A stretch of 32,000 nucleotides of DNA from Demequinaceae bacterium (GTDB lineage: Bacteria > Actinomycetota > Actinomycetes > Actinomycetales > Demequinaceae): assembly GCA_965250005.1 (NCBI GenBank), contig OZ252279.1, positions 360,001 to 392,000 of the forward strand, read 5' to 3'. A program made the position numbers and the translations under genes. How positions within the stretch are numbered: position 1 is the stretch's first letter; every line of letters begins with the position of its first letter. Below the pieces are notes generated by a model. The model did not search any database. It worked only from the letters and a program-made list of their open reading frames with translations, and was not told the DNA's origin. Of this stretch, positions 26,780 through 32,000 are shown one piece after another.

Positions 26780-27574
26780 ATGACAGCCACCGTTCCCGGC
26801 AGCGATGCACCGTATCGCGACGCCGCTCCCGACCGCTTGGAACGCGCCCGCACACTGCTCGCGGGGGCAGAGGCTCGACTGGGCGTGGTGCGGGACTTCA
26901 CGGTGCTTCCCGGTGGCGCACGGGGGGCGTCACCGGGCCTCGCAGGCGTCCCGCCCGCCCGGGTGCTCCCCGTGGCCGATGCGGTGGCAGGCCTGGTGCC
27001 GGGCGGCGCTCTCAGGCGCGGCACGGTGGTGGCAGTGGAGGGATCGACCTCGTTGTTGCTCGAGCTGGTAGCGCGCGCGTCCCAACAGGGATCGTGGGCG
27101 GCGATCATCGGCATGCCGCAAGTGGGAGTGGTTGCCGCCGCCCGCCGGGGCATAGAGCTAGCGCGCCTCGCACTGGTGCCTCACCCCGGGGTGGAGGCGG
27201 CGACGGCCGCGGGGGCGTGCATCGACGGCATGGACATTGTCGCGCTGGGTCCACGGCTTGCGCTCTCGGACGCGGACCGGCGCAGGCTCGTGGCGCGGGC
27301 GCGCGAACGTGGGACCGTGTTGCTCAGCGCGGGCGCGTGGACGGGCGCGCACGTGTCTTTGCGAGTGCAGTCCAGCTCGTGGCAGGGGCTCGGGGTGGGG
27401 GACGGGAGGCTACGTTCGCACACCCTCACGGTCGCGCGCTCGGGCCGCCATCTGGGAGGGACAGACCAGATGGAGGTTGATCTTGACGTTGACCCCGGCC
27501 TGTCGCGCACATCCGCGGGCGTGCGTTACCCGGGTCGTGCGCGTCAAGCAGAACGTGTCGCGAGGCTTGCGTGA
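26780..27574 (+). CDS. imuA': ImuA' (RecA-fold, non-catalytic mutasome accessory protein)
   Basis: Located between the LexA box and imuB. The core GGALRRGTVVAVEGSTSLLLELVARASQQGSWAAIIGMPQVGVVAAARRGIELARLALVP is like mycobacterial ImuA'. The stop overlaps the imuB GTG (GTGA). Confidence 0.75.
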   Translation: MTATVPGSDAPYRDAAPDRLERARTLLAGAEARLGVVRDFTVLPGGARGASPGLAGVPPARVLPVADAVAGLVPGGALRRGTVVAVEGSTSLLLELVARASQQGSWAAIIGMPQVGVVAAARRGIELARLALVPHPGVEAATAAGACIDGMDIVALGPRLALSDADRRRLVARARERGTVLLSAGAWTGAHVSLRVQSSSWQGLGVGDGRLRSHTLTVARSGRHLGGTDQMEVDLDVDPGLSRTSAGVRYPGRARQAERVARLA

Positions 27575-29217
27575 GCCGTAAGGGCACAAAGGCAGCAGCA
27601 GCAGCGCCCGTCGACACCGTGCGCCGCGCCGTGCTGTGGGTTCCCGACTGGCCCGTCGTGGCCGCGATGGCTGAGGCAGGGGTGGGCGCGCAAGAAGCCG
27701 CCGCCGTCCAGCACGGCCGCGGCATGGTCGCGGTGAGCGCTGCGGCGAGGGCGGCCGGGGTCAGGCGAGGCATGCGCAAGCGGCAGGCCCAGCGGGCGTG
27801 TCCTCACCTCACCTTGCTTCCACACGACGACGGCCGAGACGCGCGGGCGTTCGAAGAGGTGGCTGCCGCGGCCGAGGGTGTGGTCGCCGGGGTCGAGATC
27901 TCCCGACCGGGCCTACTCATGATCCCCGCGGACGGTGCCGCCCGCTTTCACGGCTCCGAGCAGGCGCTGGCGGAGGCGCTCGTGACGGCGGTGGCCGAGC
28001 AGGCTGACTGTGAGGCCAGCGTCGGCATGGCGGACGGGCTACTTGCGGCGGTGCTCGCCGCACGTGCCAGCGAGGTTGTGCCGCCGGAGGGCTCGCGGGA
28101 GTTCCTCGGGCCTCACCCCATTGCAGACCTCACGTATGCCGCCATGGAGACGCGGCAGCGGCAGGCAATTGAGGATCTGGTGAGTGTGCTCGAACGCCTG
28201 GGTATCCGCACACTCGGGGATTTTGTGGCGTTGCCCAGTGCGGATGTCACCGCGCGATTTGGGGCGCCGGGGGCATGGGCGCACCGCATGGCAGCAGGGG
28301 AAGACGTCCGGCCTCCCGTCTTGCGCCGCGCGGAGCAGGACATCTCGGTGACGTTCGCGTTCGAAGACGGCGCACAGCGAGTGGAGCAGTTGGCGTTCGT
28401 CGCGCGGCGTGTGGCAGAGGACCTGGACGGGGAGCTCCGGGAAGCAGGGGTTCGCTGTATGCGGGTCTCCATCGCTGTCCTGACCGAACGCGGGGACGTG
28501 CTTGAGCGCACGTGGCGCACGGACGTCGGCGCGCGTAGTGGCGCGTTCGCCAAGCACATGACGGACCGCGTGCGCTGGCAGCTGGAGGGATGGATCAGCG
28601 GCACGTCCACGGGACCGGAAGCGGCCAACCTCACCGCGCTCACCGTGACGGCCATGGACGTGATCGCCGCGGGGGACGAACAGGCGTACCTATGGGGAGG
28701 TGTGTCCGGGGCAGATTCCCGCGCGCATCGGACCATGGAACGCATCCAGGGGCTCATGGGCGCGGAGTCGGTGCTAGTGGCAGAGGAGCAGGGGGGGCGG
28801 TCCCCGCGCGACCGCGTGCAATTGGTGCCGTGGGGTCAAGAAGTCGCGATTGCCCGCCGCGTGGATCGGCCGTGGCCCGGCCAGCTTCCGGACCCGGTCC
28901 CCGCCACCGTGCTGATGACGCCAGAACCGGTGCGCGTTCTCGACGCAGGCGGGCGCAGAGTTGCCGTCACTGCGCGCCTGTACCTCAGTGCGGTGCCCAC
29001 GTGGGTGCAGATGCCCGCAGCGGGCGCGAAAGGCGCTGCGCAGGCGCCAGCGCCCACCGCAGTGGAAGCGTGGGCGGGGCCGTGGCCCGTTGCCGAGCGA
29101 TGGTGGTCGGAGGATGCCTCGCGGCAGGCCTACGTTCAAGTCGCGCTCAGCGACGGAAGCGCACTGCTGGTGGCGACCCGCCGCGGCGAATGGTTCCTCG
29201 AGGCCGTCTATGACTGA
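27571..29217 (+). CDS. imuB: ImuB, Y-family DNA polymerase-like mutasome subunit
   Basis: The N-terminus RRAVLWVPDWPVVAA...GVRRGMRKRQAQRACP is characteristic of ImuB. It is 548 aa and sits between imuA' and dnaE2. Confidence 0.85.
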   Translation: MSRKGTKAAAAAPVDTVRRAVLWVPDWPVVAAMAEAGVGAQEAAAVQHGRGMVAVSAAARAAGVRRGMRKRQAQRACPHLTLLPHDDGRDARAFEEVAAAAEGVVAGVEISRPGLLMIPADGAARFHGSEQALAEALVTAVAEQADCEASVGMADGLLAAVLAARASEVVPPEGSREFLGPHPIADLTYAAMETRQRQAIEDLVSVLERLGIRTLGDFVALPSADVTARFGAPGAWAHRMAAGEDVRPPVLRRAEQDISVTFAFEDGAQRVEQLAFVARRVAEDLDGELREAGVRCMRVSIAVLTERGDVLERTWRTDVGARSGAFAKHMTDRVRWQLEGWISGTSTGPEAANLTALTVTAMDVIAAGDEQAYLWGGVSGADSRAHRTMERIQGLMGAESVLVAEEQGGRSPRDRVQLVPWGQEVAIARRVDRPWPGQLPDPVPATVLMTPEPVRVLDAGGRRVAVTARLYLSAVPTWVQMPAAGAKGAAQAPAPTAVEAWAGPWPVAERWWSEDASRQAYVQVALSDGSALLVATRRGEWFLEAVYD

Positions 29218-29225
29218 AGTCTCCG

Positions 29226-32000
29226 ATGATTGAGTGCGTGGAGTACGCGGAGCTGCACGCGCACACCGCGTATTCCTTCCTGGACGGCGCCAGCCAGCCC
29301 GAAGAGATGGCGGCGGAGGCCGCGCGCCTGGGGTTGAGTGCGCTCGCCGTGACGGACCACGACGGCCTGTACGGGATCGTGCGGTTCGCTGGGGCAGCGC
29401 GTGCGGTGGGGCTGCCGACGCTGTTCGGCGCGGAGCTGCACCTGGGGGTAGCGGAAGACGGCACCCTCGGCGGCTCGGGCCGCACCGTACTTGACCCTCC
29501 AACGGGCACGCCGGATCCGCGCTCCGCGCACCTGCTGGTGCTGGCCCGCGGGACCGCAGGCTACGCCAGGCTCAGCCACGCCATCGGCCAGGCGCACCTG
29601 GCGACGGGGGAGAAAGGTGCCGCCCACTACACGCTCGAAGGCCTCGCCGATGCCGCAGCGGGGGAATGGCTCGTGCTGACCGGATGCCGCAAGGGACCGG
29701 TGCGCAGGGCACTCGGCGGCCAGAACGCACCCGTCACCGCCGCCGGCTTCGCGGCGGCTCGGCGCGAGCTTGACCAGTTGGTGGGGATGTTCGGACGCGA
29801 CAACGTGGCCGTCGAAATAACTGACCACGGGTCACCGTACGACTCTGAGCGCAACGACGCGCTGGCCGACCTCGCGTTCGACGCCAAGCTACAGCTGGTC
29901 GCGACCACCAACGCCCACTACGCGAACCCCAAGGACGCGGACCTCGCTGCGGCGCTGTCGGCGGTGAGGGCGCGATCTTCCCTTGACGACATGGACGGCT
30001 GGCTGCCCGCGTCCCCCGCCGCGCACCTACGCAGCGCGGCAGAGATGATGTACCGGCATCGGCGCCACCCGGAGGCCGTGGGCGCGGCGGCCAGCCTCGC
30101 TAAGGAGCTGGCGTTCGACCTGTCGCTGGTGGCTCCCAACCTGCCTCCGTACCCGGTGCCGCCCGGACACAACGAGGCGTCGTGGCTGCGCGAACTCACT
30201 ATGCGCGGCGCGCGCGAGCGCTACGGACCGCCCGAGGCGGAACGCGTCCCCGGGGCGTACAAGAAAATCGAACACGAGCTGCAGATCATCGAACGGCTCA
30301 ACTTTCCCGGCTACTTCCTGATCGTCTACGACCTGGTGGATTTCTGCCGCCGCAGCGACATTTTGTGCCAAGGCCGCGGCAGCGCCGCCAACAGCGCGGT
30401 CTGCTACGCCCTGGGTGTCACCGCCGTGGATGCCGTCACACACGGGCTGCTGTTCGAGCGGTTCCTCGCACCCGAGCGGGACGGCCCCCCAGACATCGAT
30501 GTCGACATCGAGTCCGACCGCCGGGAGGAGGTCATCCAGTACGTGTATCAGCGGTTCGGGCGCATCAACGCCGCGATGGTGGCCAACGTCATCCAGTACC
30601 GTCCGCGCTCCGCCGTCAGGGATGCCGCGAAGGCGCTGGGGTATGACGTGGGTCAGCAGGACGCGTGGTCCAAGAGCATCGACCGGTGGGGCTCGCTGAA
30701 GGTGCCAGAAGAGAAGCAGCAGGAATGGGCCGCCAAGCAGCGGGACGCGATGTGGCCGGAGCCCAAGCCAGTCGAGCGCGACCTGGACCACATCCCCGAG
30801 AACGTGGTGGACCTCGCGGACCGCTTCATGCGGCTCCCGCGCCACCTGGGCATCCACCCCGGGGGCATGGTCCTGTGCGACCGGCCCGTCATCGATGTGT
30901 GCCCGGTCGAGTGGGGCCGTATGCCCGGCCGTACCGTGCTCCAGTGGGACAAGGATGACTGCGCCGATGCGGGCCTCGTGAAGTTTGACTTGCTGGGGCT
31001 GGGGATGCTCTCGGCGCTCAAGTACGCGTTCGAATTTGTGCGCGAAACGCAAAGCGAGGAGCTCACGCTGCACGGGCTGCCGCAAGAGGACCCGCGCGTG
31101 TATGACATGCTCTGCGCCGCGGACACCGTTGGCGTGTTCCAGGTGGAGTCGCGCGCGCAGATGGCCACGCTGCCGCGCCTGCGTCCTCGCAAGTTCTACG
31201 ACATCGTGGTGGAGGTCGCGCTCATCCGCCCTGGTCCCATTCAGGGAGGCTCCGTCCATCCGTACATCAACCGCGCGCGCGGACGCGAGGAGGTCACCTA
31301 CCTTCACCCCCTGCTCAAGCCCGCACTGGAGAAGACGCTCGGCGTGCCCCTGTTCCAGGAGCAACTCATGCAGATGGCGATGGACGCCGCCGGGTTCGAC
31401 GGATCAGAGGCGGACCAACTGCGTCGCGCGATGGGATCCAAGCGCAGTCCCGAGCGCATGGAGGCGCTGCGGGTGCGGGCCATGGCGGGCATGGCGAACA
31501 ACGGGATCGAACATGACGTCGCCGCGCAGATCTTCGACAAGCTCAAGGCGTTCGCCGACTTCGGCTTTCCCGAGTCCCACTCGTACTCGTTCGCGTACCT
31601 CGTGTACGCCTCCACGTGGCTCAAGGTGCACAAGCCCGCGGCGTTCTATGCGGGGCTGCTTGCGGCCCAGCCCATGGGCTTCTACTCGCCGCAGTCCCTC
31701 GCTGCGGACGCCCGTCGGCACGGGCAGGCGGTGCTGCGCCCGTGCGTGGCCAGGTCCGTTCCGCTCGCGCGGGTGGAGCGGCAGGACGACCCCTTCGAAT
31801 CACCGGGCGAGACGCGGGAGGATCTCTCGAAGCTGAGCACAGTGGAAGCACACCTCGCGGTGCGCATGGGACTCGCCTCCGTGCGGAGTGTGGACTTGGC
31901 GGATGCCGAGCGCATCGTCGCGGCAAGGCAGGACGGCGAGTTCGTTGACCTGCGGGATATGGCCAGGCGCGTGCAACTCAGTGAACCGCAGTGGGAGGCG
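29226..32000 (+). CDS. dnaE2: Error-prone DNA polymerase III alpha-like subunit DnaE2 (ImuC); 3' end lies outside the window
   Basis: Not in the ORF track because no stop falls within the window. Reading frame 0 manually from the ATG at 29226 gives MIECVEYAELHAHTAYSFLDGAS (PHP domain), LVLTGCRKGPV and FPGYFLIVYDLVDFCRRSDILCQGRGSAANSAVCYALGVTAVDA. I saw no stop in the stretches I translated. Confidence 0.9.
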   Translation, partial: MIECVEYAELHAHTAYSFLDGASQPEEMAAEAARLGLSALAVTDHDGLYGIVRFAGAARAVGLPTLFGAELHLGVAEDGTLGGSGRTVLDPPTGTPDPRSAHLLVLARGTAGYARLSHAIGQAHLATGEKGAAHYTLEGLADAAAGEWLVLTGCRKGPVRRALGGQNAPVTAAGFAAARRELDQLVGMFGRDNVAVEITDHGSPYDSERNDALADLAFDAKLQLVATTNAHYANPKDADLAAALSAVRARSSLDDMDGWLPASPAAHLRSAAEMMYRHRRHPEAVGAAASLAKELAFDLSLVAPNLPPYPVPPGHNEASWLRELTMRGARERYGPPEAERVPGAYKKIEHELQIIERLNFPGYFLIVYDLVDFCRRSDILCQGRGSAANSAVCYALGVTAVDAVTHGLLFERFLAPERDGPPDIDVDIESDRREEVIQYVYQRFGRINAAMVANVIQYRPRSAVRDAAKALGYDVGQQDAWSKSIDRWGSLKVPEEKQQEWAAKQRDAMWPEPKPVERDLDHIPENVVDLADRFMRLPRHLGIHPGGMVLCDRPVIDVCPVEWGRMPGRTVLQWDKDDCADAGLVKFDLLGLGMLSALKYAFEFVRETQSEELTLHGLPQEDPRVYDMLCAADTVGVFQVESRAQMATLPRLRPRKFYDIVVEVALIRPGPIQGGSVHPYINRARGREEVTYLHPLLKPALEKTLGVPLFQEQLMQMAMDAAGFDGSEADQLRRAMGSKRSPERMEALRVRAMAGMANNGIEHDVAAQIFDKLKAFADFGFPESHSYSFAYLVYASTWLKVHKPAAFYAGLLAAQPMGFYSPQSLAADARRHGQAVLRPCVARSVPLARVERQDDPFESPGETREDLSKLSTVEAHLAVRMGLASVRSVDLADAERIVAARQDGEFVDLRDMARRVQLSEPQWEA

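Noticed and set aside
26185-27153. 322-aa minus-strand ORF spanning the trmH 3' end, the SOS-box spacer and the imuA' 5' end
   Set aside because: It runs antisense across two credible genes and a regulatory region. It is extremely Arg/Ala/Pro/Ser-rich, which marks a high-GC artefact.
30027-31364. 445-aa minus-strand ORF, the longest track entry in the last 3 kb
   Set aside because: It is antisense to dnaE2, whose true frame is absent from the track only because it lacks an in-window stop. The plus frame-0 translation shows unmistakable DnaE2 motifs.
1-32000. Search for CRISPR arrays, tRNA or rRNA genes, transposases, integrases, phage genes or toxin-antitoxin pairs
   Set aside because: No regularly spaced direct repeats, no cloverleaf-like or rRNA-like segments and no recognisable mobile-element proteins were seen. 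The gene content and partial synteny with other actinobacterial core regions (pyrG-nudix; ctaA-suf-ABC-F-fabG-inhA) argue for an ordinary chromosomal backbone.

Overview
The window is a GC-rich stretch with strong GC3 bias. It looks like a conserved core-genome segment of a high-GC Gram-positive bacterium (Actinomycetota); I cannot name the species from sequence alone. It is densely packed with recognisable housekeeping genes.

Gene order, left to right:
- pyrG 3' end and a Nudix hydrolase.
- Two paralogous PEBP-family lipoproteins bracketing the heme A synthase gene ctaA.
- A complete, translationally coupled actinobacterial suf operon: sufR-sufB-sufD-Rieske-sufC-sufS-sufU-sufT.
- On the minus strand, a YpfJ-type zinc metallopeptidase and a bioY-ecfA-ecfT (bioYMN) biotin ECF transporter.
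- An ABC-F ATPase and SURF1.
- fabG-fabI (mabA/inhA-like) and a SixA-like histidine phosphatase.
- A decayed GH88/105-like pseudogene and a PNPOx-family protein.
- serB-glgC on the minus strand, divergent from glgA.
- An orphan ABC ATPase, an NfeD-SPFH (stomatin-like) pair, a truncated methyltransferase-like ORF and a TrmH/SpoU methyltransferase.
- An imuA'-imuB-dnaE2 SOS mutagenesis cassette behind a perfect LexA box.

dnaE2 runs off the 3' edge of the window, so it is missing from the supplied ORF track. I recovered it by reading frame 0 directly.

I found no CRISPR array, rRNA or tRNA gene, transposase, integrase or obvious horizontally acquired island. I see no convincing evidence for a wholly new system. 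The observations most worth follow-up are:
- the LexA-boxed mutasome cassette and a small divergent ORF that shares its SOS box;
- pseudogenisation of the GH88/105-like gene by a 10-bp tandem duplication;
- the PEBP lipoprotein pair around ctaA;
- a candidate SufR operator;
- lysine/alanine-rich tails on BioY and SufT;
- an unexplained ~300-bp structured, G-rich leader upstream of fabG.

The many long antisense ORFs in the track are typical high-GC artefacts.
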